NCBI GenBank assembly: GCA_051362555.1
Contig: CM120646.1
Span: forward strand, 10,850,001-10,914,000
Length of the DNA: 64,000 bases
Direction: 5' to 3'
From: Lingula anatina
Taxonomy: Eukaryota > Animalia > Brachiopoda
The translations under genes were made by a program, and so were the position numbers. The notes under the pieces are model-generated. The model saw only the letters and a program-made list of their open reading frames with translations. It was not told the origin of the DNA and did no database searches. Numbering within the stretch: position 1 is the stretch's first letter; each line of letters opens with the position of its first letter. Of the stretch, positions 1 through 10,480 are shown piece by piece.

Positions 1-590
1 TTGGTCTCTTTGAGGTCGCAGGCCCTTTGGGGTTACGATCACACTGAATTTAAAACTTCCTTGCAACTATCACCGGTTGCAAAATGGTCGGCGACCGGTT
101 GCTACAACTCGCAAAGTGATTTCTAAAAGAACGCCCGGTAAATATCTAGTGTCTATGTTTAGAAAACATGCATTACAAAATGTGAAAAAATAGTCTACGC
201 CAAAAGAGGCCATAATCCTACGCCTACTTTATTGCGGTCGCTTGCAACCTTCTGGCGACCTGCTGCCGACTTCTTGCGACTGGTTAGAGATTTGTAAGCG
301 ACTGAGCGACAAAAGGCCGTCAATCGACCTTGCATTTAAAAGTGGTATGCCACTGGTTTTAGCCTGGTTACAGCGACCTACTGGCAACCAAGAAGAGACC
401 GATAGGCAACCTTTGGGATATCTCCAGTCGCATTGGTTGTCGGTGCACAAAAATGGCCCTCATGTGCCAACGATCGCTTGCTACCAGTTTGCAACCTTAT
501 GCGGCAACTTAAAAACCTATGGCAATCTCCTTGCAAATGAGGTTGCAAAAAGGCTGCAAAAGGGTTGCAAGCGCATTGTGAGCCAGGCTT
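1..590. repeat. Probable non-autonomous DNA transposon with dense GCGAC/TTGCAA subrepeats, cut by window start
   Basis: Many short sub-repeats on both strands; AGCCTGGTTACA (361) and TGTGAGCCAGGCT-TTA (about 577-592) are near-inverted, Harbinger-MITE-like termini. Confidence 0.45.
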
Positions 591-1852
591 TAAAAACACC
601 CGTGTAACGAAACTGAGAGTCCGTGTAACAGAAAGTCCGCCCTGCATTTAGTTATAATGGTTAGGGTTAGCCTGATCTAAGTGGATCAAAATCTAGGACA
701 AGGCTTACCTGTATAAATGACCGGTGTGGCAGGAATGGTAGACCTGTGATTGGAAGTCCAGGCTCCCATATGATTAGTACAGGCCAGGGTTAGTCGGAGT
801 ATTGGGATTATTATATGGGACAAATGTAACCTGTACAAAGAAATGGGGAACAGACTACGGTTCTTAGCGGACTATCAATCCTGCTACACCGGTCCACTGT
901 TATGATATGGTAGGCCTACGTAGCAGTTGTGAAAATCACACTTGGGACGCTTAAAATCCGAAATTGCTACCCACAGCTTTTCAGAAACACTTACGTGTTT
1001 AGTGGAAACAAGATTGATGTTATATAGATGCCCCAGTTCTCAGAGCACTTGTGGAAGTCACGCACGTCTTGTTGACGAGTACGTGACTTAAGCCACGAAA
1101 CTGAGATTATATATTACATAGATTACATTTACACGGGTGCCGTACTATGAAATTGTCCGTACGATTTTTTTTTAAGACGCCGTGAGAAAAGGGTATTACG
1201 GACAGTATACATGTACGTGCACCGCACGGGCATAGCATTTCAAATGTAATCTAGTCTTTATCTGAGATACGTCATATTGTGTCAAGAACTGAAGACTCAA
1301 GCATGCATGACATGGCTTCATGGGAGATACGGCACGTTTGGGTCTTTGGTTTCGCTACCCGTCTTATAATTTTTTACAGTTTTTTTTTTGACAGCTGCGA
1401 CTCCTCAAGATGGGGAACCATTGTATATCTATGTGTTTTCACCAGTTCAATTACACATTGAATTTTGACCATCACTTTAGTAATAATGCATTGGAAATGG
1501 AAAATGATAATTACGCTGAGTAGACATGGTTAGACCTTCATCGTCGTATTATGCTCTTGTTTGCTGTGTTTATTTACTGTGAGCAGAAATTTAAAAAAAA
1601 TCAACTAATCTTTTTAAATCTTTTTAATTAAAATTAGATATGTCGTATTTCAAAATGTTAATGATTAAAAGTGTAGGGTAATCGATTGCTTCACCCCCTT
1701 CTCTCTCTGAGAGAATTTCTTTTCCCGTTCTTATATTTTCTGTCTAACATTAATTAAAATATTCTTAAAATATTCTTATGCTTTCCAGGACCAATGATAG
1801 ACCTACCTAGCTTAATAAGGAGATAAAAACAGGAAAAGTCATAGAAATCATC

Positions 1853-2036
1853 ATGGTCGACGGCGTGATAAATATCTGGGGTCTGGTGGCCATTATAATA
1901 TTCTACGTCATCATCTTCATCATCGGAATAGTGGCTGGAAGAAAGTCTAAGAGTTTTGGCAAAAAAGCACAAACAACAGAACTAATTCTAGCAGGGAGAA
2001 ATATAGGGCCTTTTGTCGGCATTTTTACGTTGACAG
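1853..2036 (+). CDS. SLC5A7: SLC5A7/CHT1-like high-affinity choline transporter, coding exon 1
   Basis: ATG at 1853, MVDGVINIWGLVAIIIFY...LAGRNIGPFVGIFTLT; donor G|GTAAG at 2037, phase 1; upstream acceptor tttccag ending 1788 implies an earlier non-coding exon. Family call is firm, strict orthology is not. Confidence 0.93.
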
Positions 2037-2605
2037 GTAAGACAAAGCTTAATTGTGACAAAGCTTTATGTATTTCTGAAACAAGATACCTTTACAACAG
2101 GCTTTACAACAAGAGGAATGACAGGAAGAAATGTAATAAGCCTCTCGACTTTATTATTATTCTCCAAAAGCTGTAGGCTTCATGGAAATATTTTCAATTG
2201 CTGGATGTTATAGTCTCTTTTTAGGATTCTTTTAGTCAGGTCTTGAATTTTAGATACTTTGAATGATTTTTTTGCATCATCTAAGAGATCAAATTCATTT
2301 GCTCAAAACACTGAAGTAAAAATAATATTTTAATCTGTATTATGGATATGCTTGTTTGAATATAAAAAAAACTAACCCTCAACAATTCATTTAAATCAGT
2401 AAACTGAATTCCGTTTTTAGATCAACATTTAGTTGGCGATGTTCTGTTCGAACTACAGAGTGCCTGTTCGATATTGCACACATGCATATAAGCCTTCCAA
2501 TGTCCATTGACACAACAAACGAGGTGTACAAATTATGATCTACAATCACATTACTTCATTTGTTCAAAAATTTCACTTTTGCCTCTACAATTACATTTTT
2601 TTCAG

Positions 2606-2869
2606 CGACTTGGGTGGGCGGAGGTTACATCAACGGAACAGCGGAAATCACCCTGGATGCAGGGTTAGTATGGTGTCAAGCACCGGTAGGATATTCCATC
2701 GCTCTCGCCATCGGCGGGCTGGTGTTTGCTGGACCCATGCGATCCGCAGGGTACATGACTATGCTGGATCCATTCCAACATAAATACGGTCCAGTCATGG
2801 CGGCTTTACTGTACATTCCAGCCCTGCTGGGAGATTTGTTCTGGTCGGCGGCTATTCTATCGGCTCTCG
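2606..2869 (+). CDS. SLC5A7: SLC5A7-like coding exon 2
   Basis: Acceptor ttttcag|; [14 protein letters not shown]...QAPVGY...[11 protein letters not shown]...[13 protein letters not shown], signature CHT1 motifs; donor G|GTAAG at 2870, phase 1. Confidence 0.96.
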
Positions 2870-3138
2870 GTAAGATTAAATGCTGTTAGAAATATATGAT
2901 ATTTGAATTGTTATTTTGTTCTAAATTGCATCTTGTGCTCAGTGTTTAAATCGGTATTGATCTTTTTAGAGATCGAAAGCTTGCGGAACAAGGCTGCGCA
3001 CAGATAACAGAAAAAGAGCCATTTTACATACAGAAAAAAAAACAACTTAAATTTTATAAAAAAATATAAAATGATTTTGTATTTCACTTTCATCAGCCCT
3101 TAGACCTGAGTTTTCTTATACACGACACACTGTTTTAG

Positions 3139-3287
3139 GTTCTTCTCTGACAGTCGTGATTGGACTTGACAACACGCTCTCTATCATTGTATCAGCCATC
3201 ATCGCCGTTGTTTATACACTTATCGGTGGACTATATTCCGTGGCGTATACAGACGTAGCACAGCTGATAATGATTCTCATTGGATTG
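3139..3287 (+). CDS. SLC5A7: SLC5A7-like coding exon 3 (not in ORF track)
   Basis: Acceptor ttttag|; [50 protein letters not shown]; donor |GTTAGT at 3288, phase 0. Confidence 0.95.
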
Positions 3288-3417
3288 GTTAGTTCACAAG
3301 AGTAAAAAATAATGATCAGAATGGCATTTATAAATCTAAGAACTCAATGTGCTTTAACAAATTTTAAACAATAAGTTGTCGGTTTGAATGTGTCCATAAA
3401 AATCTTTAAGACAAAGG

Positions 3418-3418
<1 letters not shown>

Positions 3419-3468
<50 letters not shown>
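3419..3468. repeat. (TA)n microsatellite
   Basis: Visible run in intron 3. Confidence 0.98.
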
Positions 3469-3472
<4 letters not shown>

Positions 3473-3602
3473 TTCAAAATTATGACTGCTAATTAATGTC
3501 ATAAAAAAAGCATACGAATACAGAGGTCACAATCTCCACCGCACTAGTTTTCGGTGGCATACGATTGTAGTATTTCTGGACTTTCATTTCTTTTATTTCC
3601 AG

Positions 3603-3752
3603 TTTCTGGCTTTTCCTTTTGCTATGCACCACCCCGCCGTTTCCTCTCTGGAAATGACGTCATCAAGCTGGTTGGGTACCCTGACCAAGAACGACGCTGG
3701 GTTGTACTTAGATTCTGGATTACAGCTGATATTTGGAGGAATACCTTGGCAG
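3603..3752 (+). CDS. SLC5A7: SLC5A7-like coding exon 4
   Basis: Acceptor atttccag|; FLAFPFAMHHPAV...WLGTL...YLDSGLQLIFGGIPWQ; donor CAG|GTAAAT, phase 0. Confidence 0.95.
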
Positions 3753-4229
3753 GTAAATACAATAATAATTATTCATTGAGCACAGATATTTTTTTACGTT
3801 TAAGGGCTCTCTAACCACTACAAATTAAAATGGTGTTATACATCATACATTATAAAAAATACAAGTAAACAGACAAGAACCTTTACATATAGACTTGGCT
3901 ATTTCAGTTTCAAGGGAATTCCTTGGCAAAATGCATTAGAATAAGCTCAGATCTCATATAAGACATGAGGATGGAGAAGTGTGTGGTCAGGTGTCACGCT
4001 ACCATTTAAATAACATGTACTACCACGTCTATAGTAATAAGGGGAATGTTAGAGATCAAAAATGTCGTTTTTAATCAGCCTGGGGTCTTTGTTTGCTTCA
4101 TTGACGAATTCAGTTAAAGGATGGATGTCACAGTAACATCAAAGGGATGTTTAAGGATTATTAAAAGTTATTAGAGCACGATTTTATACCTAATTTACAT
4201 TTATAAGTACAAAAATATGGTAAACAATT

Positions 4230-4913
4230 GTCTGTTATTTGTTTGTGTGCTAGCAATATCTTGAAGCTCTCTATAAAATTCGTCAATGTCCTCTCCTTTC
4301 TGCGTAGCGTGTCGAAATGAAAATTTATTCAATTAAACGTTGATGGAAGGTAAAAAAATAGTCAGTGATAGCATCAACACATTTCGTAAACTCATCTTCT
4401 CCTTCGCCGGGGGTTAGTTGAAATGTGCTGAAAGATTCGACGATGTCATTTAACTCGTCGCTGGCGAAAGATAGCATGAGTGCCTTCTTCTTTTTCGGAC
4501 TTGTTATACCATTACCAACAAATGCATTGTTTTTCAATCTGTTTATCCATTTTCTCCATCTAATGGCAACGCCTTCTGACTTACAGTCAAATTCATGATA
4601 AGTAGGTATCTGTATAGATGGGCTCGCCATTGTGACTGTTCAACGCAGGGTATATTGAGTTATACTGCGCTCATTGAATTTCGCTATAGTCAATGTTTGT
4701 TTTTTTAAGAGTATCCATTCTTAATTGTTACTTTCCTTCCTTTGTGAGTCTGTTCCTTCCTTGTCGCCAGATATGGTATTGAAACAAAATGATTAAAATA
4801 TTTATCACAGAATTAAAAGTCCATGGCTCATATGCCACGTCGCATCCCCACTTTCCCTTCACACTCATGACCTCTGACCTACATCACGTGACTTATTACA
4901 TCATTACATCACA
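4230..4913 (-). mobile_element. Truncated Gypsy-type LTR retrotransposon 5' end (LTR, PBS, decayed gag) in transporter intron 4
   Basis: Minus strand: ~140-bp putative LTR starting TGTGATGT at 4913; PBS TGGCGACAAGGAAGG (4769-4755); gag N-terminus MAS...RWRKWINRL...GITSPKKKKALMLSFA from 4630, then a frameshift and stop, resuming FSFRHATQKGEDIDEFYRELQDIA. Confidence 0.82.
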
Positions 4914-5056
4914 GAGACAAAATGAGTTAAATAGACAAGAAAAGTAGAATTTAATTTAATGACAAAAAACAAGAAGGAAAGAGAGAAATAATAACAAAAT
5001 GAAAGTAAAACAATCAAAGCAACTCTGTCTCTGTCTACTGTGTTTTCGTTACATAG

Positions 5057-5186
5057 GTATACTTTCAACGGGTGCTCTCTGCAAAGACGGTGAATCAGGC
5101 AAAATGGTTATCTATTGTAGCTGGCTTTTTATGTGTGGTATGTGCTGTTCCAGCTGTAATGATTGGAGCCATTGGAGCCTCAACAA
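5057..5186 (+). CDS. SLC5A7: SLC5A7-like coding exon 5
   Basis: Acceptor acatag|; [19 protein letters not shown]...[12 protein letters not shown]; donor A|GTAAGT at 5187, phase 1. Confidence 0.95.
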
Positions 5187-5299
5187 GTAAGTCGAGAAAT
5201 GTGGATAGATGGTGGTGGTGTAGTAGGTTAAAAGGCAAGGAAAAAAACATAGAATGGCAATAACGTGTTGAGTACATTCATGTAGTCCTCGCGCGTATG

Positions 5300-5440
5300 C
5301 AAGGGCGGATCCAGGATTAATTGATTATGATTCAGATAGCCAAATTTCTAATTTCAAAAGAGGAATATTGGTGTGATTTTTTTTCAGAAGTTGAAGAGGG
5401 TGGGGCTCAAAACCCCCCTGACCCCCTAAATCCGCCACTG
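5300..5440. mobile_element. Short hAT-like non-autonomous element in intron 5
   Basis: Ends CAAGGGCGGAT...ATCCGCCACTG (imperfect TIR) with G/C-run subterminal block; TSD not clear. Confidence 0.6.
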
Positions 5441-5687
5441 TGCATGTGAATGTTAAAATGTATAAAACACACTGGTTGCTTAAAAATTAAAGAAATACGC
5501 TTATGGGGGCTTTTTTTACATACAAGGTACTTCACCAATTGGAAATGGTTTATATTTATAAGCAGTCAGCTTTTGCAACGATAAAACCTTAAACAACCAA
5601 TTAACGCGTCATTGTTGTTCAGTAATTTGTCCTAACTGCGCAGATATATTTGGACATTTCATACAAATACCTCTTCTTATATTACAG

Positions 5688-5929
5688 ATTGGACAGAGAC
5701 TGCTTACGTCGATGTTTACAATCGGACTACAGTCCCTTCAGAAGAATACAAGAACATCTTGCCGCTTGTCTTGCAGTATCTTACGCCCCCTGTCGTCTCT
5801 TTCATCGGGCTAGGCGCCGTCTCCGCCGCTGTGATGTCATCTACTGACTCCGCCATTTTGTCCATGAGCTCACTCTTTTCTCACAATGTGTATAGACCAT
5901 TGAGGGAGTTCATGTGTCGCGGGAAGAAG
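5688..5929 (+). CDS. SLC5A7: SLC5A7-like coding exon 6 (3' end at inferred GC donor)
   Basis: Acceptor ttacag|; NWTETAY...[58 protein letters not shown]; best phase-0 donor is AAG|GCATGT at 5930. Confidence 0.88.
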
Positions 5930-6857
5930 GCATGTGTTTTCTTTGGCATCTATATTTTTGAATTGCTTTAGTTGAGACCATTTGCGCACCTACTGCATGT
6001 TCATTTTCTTTACAATTAAAGGATTTTGTCCAAAGGTGAATTGGTAACTACTGCATTGTTTGGGTATTCCGGTTTTTGTACAAATGGTTCTAATGCACGT
6101 TAAATGTATACAGTTTCTTTGTGTTCCAACCTCACATATTTACTTATAAATAATCTCCAAAGCTACTTTTCCAATTCAGACAGTTTAAACGCTAAAGCGA
6201 TTCCGAAAAAAGTATCTTAATTAAGTCTTACTCTTCGTTTAGTTCTTAAAATAGAAATGGTACAAAACATGGGATCTAATGGGAAGGGCGAAGTGATATA
6301 TAAGTCATTAATTGCATTTTTGTGAAAAAAAAAGAAAACCTAATGGATTCCTGTAACTGTTTTTATTTAAGCATCAGCGATTTTTTGGATACTATATTGA
6401 CAATAAAGATATCCTAGTTATTTTACCGCCATGTAAACGTAAATGCAAATCATTCAGAACTGTACCTTTTTGTCTCCAATTGAACTTGCCATTTGGATTC
6501 GATTTATTTTAACACCACTTCCGTCCAAATGCTTAATTAAACCGTTGCTTTGTTGAATGGGACAAGGGTGCGTTTTTATTATTATATGTAATGAAGTACA
6601 ATTTCCTTGTATTCAGTGTCAGATCATGACGACATAATCACTTAGTCATTAATTACATTATAGAATATGAACCAGTCACGAATAGAATGGCGTAAGGAAG
6701 CCAAATTGTACTTGACAGTCAATGAGGAAGTGTACGTACACGTACACTATGTACTTCAGTTCTAACTGATGCTTTTTTTGTAATGAAATCATTCCAGAAG
6801 GAACACAGAATCCTCTATATATACTCCTACCCTGTACTGTGAAAATTGCCATTTCAG

Positions 6858-7057
6858 GCTTCCGAGCTGGAAGTTGTTTGGCTAATGCGTGTAGCAGTTG
6901 TGGTCTTTGGAGCGGCGGCTGCAGCAATGGGCATCTACATCACCTCAATATACGATCTGTTCGTCTTGTGCTCTGATTTTGTCTACGTTATCCTTTTCCC
7001 CCAACTTGTATGTGTGATATACCTCAAGCAGGCCAATATGTACGGAGCTTTAACTGG
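6858..7057 (+). CDS. SLC5A7: SLC5A7-like coding exon 7
   Basis: Acceptor atttcag|; ASELEVVWLMRVAVVVFGA...SDFVYVILFPQLVCVIY...NMYGALT; donor GG|GTAGGT at 7058, phase 2. Confidence 0.95.
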
Positions 7058-7300
7058 GTAGGTTATGAATTGCCGTTTAAGTACATCATTGTTCAATGTT
7101 GTGTTTCCAATAGTACTCATTTCGTCGGAGGGTTCTTACAAAAAAGCGCTTGGAATAATGCATTGTGGTCCGAAATTCACCTGGATTCCCCACTGTGCCA
7201 ATTTGACGGCTTCAATGCCTTTACTTGTATACATGTAGATCGAGTGTCTGTTGAACTGTCGCAATTTTATCAAATTTCAAGGCGTGCTTTCGTATTTCAG

Positions 7301-7664
7301 GTATATAATTGGCTGGATCCTTCGTCTTGGAGGTGGGGAAGCAACATTTAATCTTGCTGCGTTTATTCTATACCCATGGTACGACTTTGAGAACAGCGCT
7401 CAAAGATTTCCCTTCAAAACGTTCAGCATGCTTGTCAGTTTCCTCTCTATAGTGATAGTGTCGTTGATCTTCCACGTGCTTTTTGCTCAGGAAATTTTGC
7501 CAAAAAAGTATGACTTTTTTGACTCCTGCATACCTAAACAGGAAGAAGAGCACCAGGAAGAGGAAGTTGAAAATGAATTGGGCGACCCAAAAGAGAACGG
7601 GCTTTATAATTTAGGATACATTGCTGAAGATCAGGAGAAGCAAGAGTATAATACCAAATTATAA
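7301..7664 (+). CDS. SLC5A7: SLC5A7-like terminal coding exon 8
   Basis: Acceptor atttcag|; GYIIGWILRLGGGE...QRFPFKTFSML...YNTKL-stop (TAA 7662-7664); all eight exons join in frame, 1683 nt. Confidence 0.95.
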
Positions 7665-7771
7665 TGCATAAATCGACGCAATATAATTCATTTTTGTAGT
7701 AGTCTTTTTAAAGTGTCTTACCTGTGTCATAAAGAAAGCCAGTGTGATAGAAACAAACCTGAGACAAACAA

Positions 7772-7777
7772 AATAAA
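7772..7777 (+). terminator. Candidate polyadenylation signal of the transporter gene
   Basis: First AATAAA after the stop codon, about 110 nt downstream. Confidence 0.4.
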
Positions 7778-8396
7778 GCAATTTCTTCAGCCATTACGAC
7801 CAATCAGGTTGCTGGAATATGTTTCCCCGCTCTTGTCTCTCACATCAGCTTGTTCCCATTCTTCAATATCTTTTGTAAATTACATGTAGTTGTCCTTCTC
7901 CTCATTCGTCTTTACAACCCACTCTGCAAACTGCTAGTTTAAGGCAACTGGCTATTGTCTTTTCTCATATTTCTGTCATATTTCTATTGAGCTGCATGAA
8001 CGTACTAGCTTATTTTTTGATGGAAGATTATGGAACCTTAATGTAATCGTGCATTTTTCCTACCACCATTGTCATTGTCACCATTGCCTATTCCATCATT
8101 GATATTAGGGAAATAATGAGTTAAAACTTTACTTTGCCTAGTTTAAATTTCATTAATTTTGTTATAATTTTGTTAGAATTTTTATTTGTTGTAGATTGTT
8201 GCCATTAGTTCAACTAAAATGTATGCATAACTTTTTATCTTTTCTTGAAATGATGTTATCTTATTACATTAATATTTTAATATTACTTAAAAGTAATTTG
8301 CGTTTGATAGGTATGCCTTGCTGTATGTTATAGTTTCTTTTAAGACTTGAAATTTTTCAGCCTTTTTCACCAAAGTATTAAAATGCACCTTTTTTT

Positions 8397-9468
8397 ATGA
8401 TAGGTAAAGTAACACGTATTGCCCTTCCCATTTATCATCCATGGCATTTTTGCATATAGTTGAGGTATCGAACTCTTCTTGAATGGGTGCAGACGGCGAT
8501 ATAAGGGGCGCTCAAAGTTCTGCATTTCTTGTGATGCCGACTCTGTTTATTTAAAATTCTTGGTATAATTTTACAATGTATCGTAGCACCCGAAGTACAT
8601 GTCCGCCCCGCTTACAAAGTCAAATTCTATGAGGTAGTAAGGTTTGGGTGGCCGGACGGCTGTGTCTCCCTTTCTTACCGATAGAATGTCAGTACGTCGA
8701 CGTCATTTTGGGGGCGTTTTCTTACAGCTGGCTCATGTAAATTTTACACTGTATACGTGTGCTCATTTATTTTCCATACGCCCATTGTATCTTATACTTT
8801 TACCTAAACCACCTTTTAGTAACGCGGGTATGTCATTAAATTTTTTCTTCATTTACTTATGGTGTAATGTTGCAACATATGCACATGTCTATATTGAAAC
8901 ATATCATTTAGTTTTTTAATAATAAATATTGTTAGCCTCCAGGCTGTTGTATAGTATTACTGTAGCATTACACATTAAAACATATCTATAAGCTGGCGGA
9001 AAGATCAGGGCCAGATAGACCCTGAACTAAATTCGACAGTGCACTGTACTGCTTTGAAGTCGAAATAAATTTTCCGTCACGTCGGTCGCGCGTCTTCGTG
9101 CACCAGGAAGATAGCGAGTGTGACAAGTGTCTCGTGGTGAGGTGAGAGCATAGAACAACCCGATATACCTGTACTTGCAGGATAAAAAAAGTTTATCCTC
9201 GATCTAAGGCAATTGTTTATCAATGACTTGTAATTCCCTTATCAATGCACTGCCTTCAAGCGACCAGTGTGATGCAGCCCCAACCGGTGACCCAGTTTGA
9301 CGCCGGAGCTCATGTTAGATCATAGTCTTATTTTCATTCTCTCTCTCGCTGATTTGATGACAGGTAAGTAATACGTATTGCCCTTGCTAGTTATCGTTCA
9401 CGTCATTATCGCATGGCTGAGGTATAACTCTTCTTAAATGGTTGCAGATGACGAGATACAGGGGAGCT
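8397..9468 (+). repeat. Diverged ~115-bp direct repeat pair (8397-8513 and 9357-9468)
   Basis: Shared blocks acgtattgccctt, tgaggtat, aactcttctt, tgcaga in the same order. Confidence 0.85.
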
Positions 9469-10480
9469 GCCACGTTTTTAAATATAAGCGCACAGAACAA
9501 CCTGGCTATTGCTTAAGTACTGGTGTATTTGAATAGTTAAGAAAATGAAGCTAGGTGACGTGGTTTGATAACCTTAGTCAATGCATATCAGCAAAGAAAA
9601 TGCCTATGACACCTATAAGTCCATATATCGCCATGCATTTCCTTGAAGTGTGAAAAGCATCATGTAAAAACTCCCGAAGAACACCTGCATGGGAAACATT
9701 AAAAATCCAAAATAACAGCTGATTACCGTACACATATACATGTACATTTTAGTATATACCGTATGGTTTGACCTTACACCCCTACCTCAGCCCAGTTATG
9801 CACTAGACATTTGTCTTTGCATCCGATTGCTTTTAAGAACCATATCGATGTTATTTCGTAAATCCAACATGGCCTCCAACCGTCCGAAAAATTATATTCC
9901 CATTAAAACTGGCTAAAAATTTGAATCATTTCACTTTCATCAAGTTTGTAGATATCGAGCTTAATTCAAACCCCAGGCGTTTTGCTGATTTAGATATCAA
10001 TGGAGTTGCATGCGGCATTCGGAACTATAGAAGTCCAAAGAGAAATACAAGAGCCATATGTACGTTTTTTGAAATATTTGGATACTCTTGACTGAACTTT
10101 ATGTAACATTTGATATAATAAGCATGGGATTGGTACACCTATAATGCTGAGCCTTCTTTAAAGCATCCCCCCCCATTTTAGTGGGTTTCAAACATATTTT
10201 GTCTATTAACCATGCATAATACCATAAACCAAAAATAATGAGATTATACTGTCTGGTAATCACAAATATTTCACTTTATTCACATTTGCTCAATTTGTAT
10301 GTGATTATATGTACATGTACCTGTGTCCGTCCTACAAGGTACACCACAGTGTATAAGAGTGCAATGGTTTAAAGTGCACTTTGTTGTCAACCAGTACCTA
10401 GAGCATTCAACCACTGTAAAAACTGATGCACCGACCATGAACACTTCAAGTAAACTCCGCCACCTAAAAACTCTAACCAG

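Noticed and set aside
229-647. Three overlapping ORFs as genes
   Set aside because: They lie in a subrepeat-rich element, have no recognisable motifs, and not all start with ATG.
1754-1972. Antisense acidic ORF (DDEDDD)
   Set aside because: It is the reverse frame of the Ile/Phe-rich TM1 codons of the transporter.
4325-4630. Domesticated gag gene
   Set aside because: Frameshift and stop after about 92 codons; still attached to LTR and PBS.
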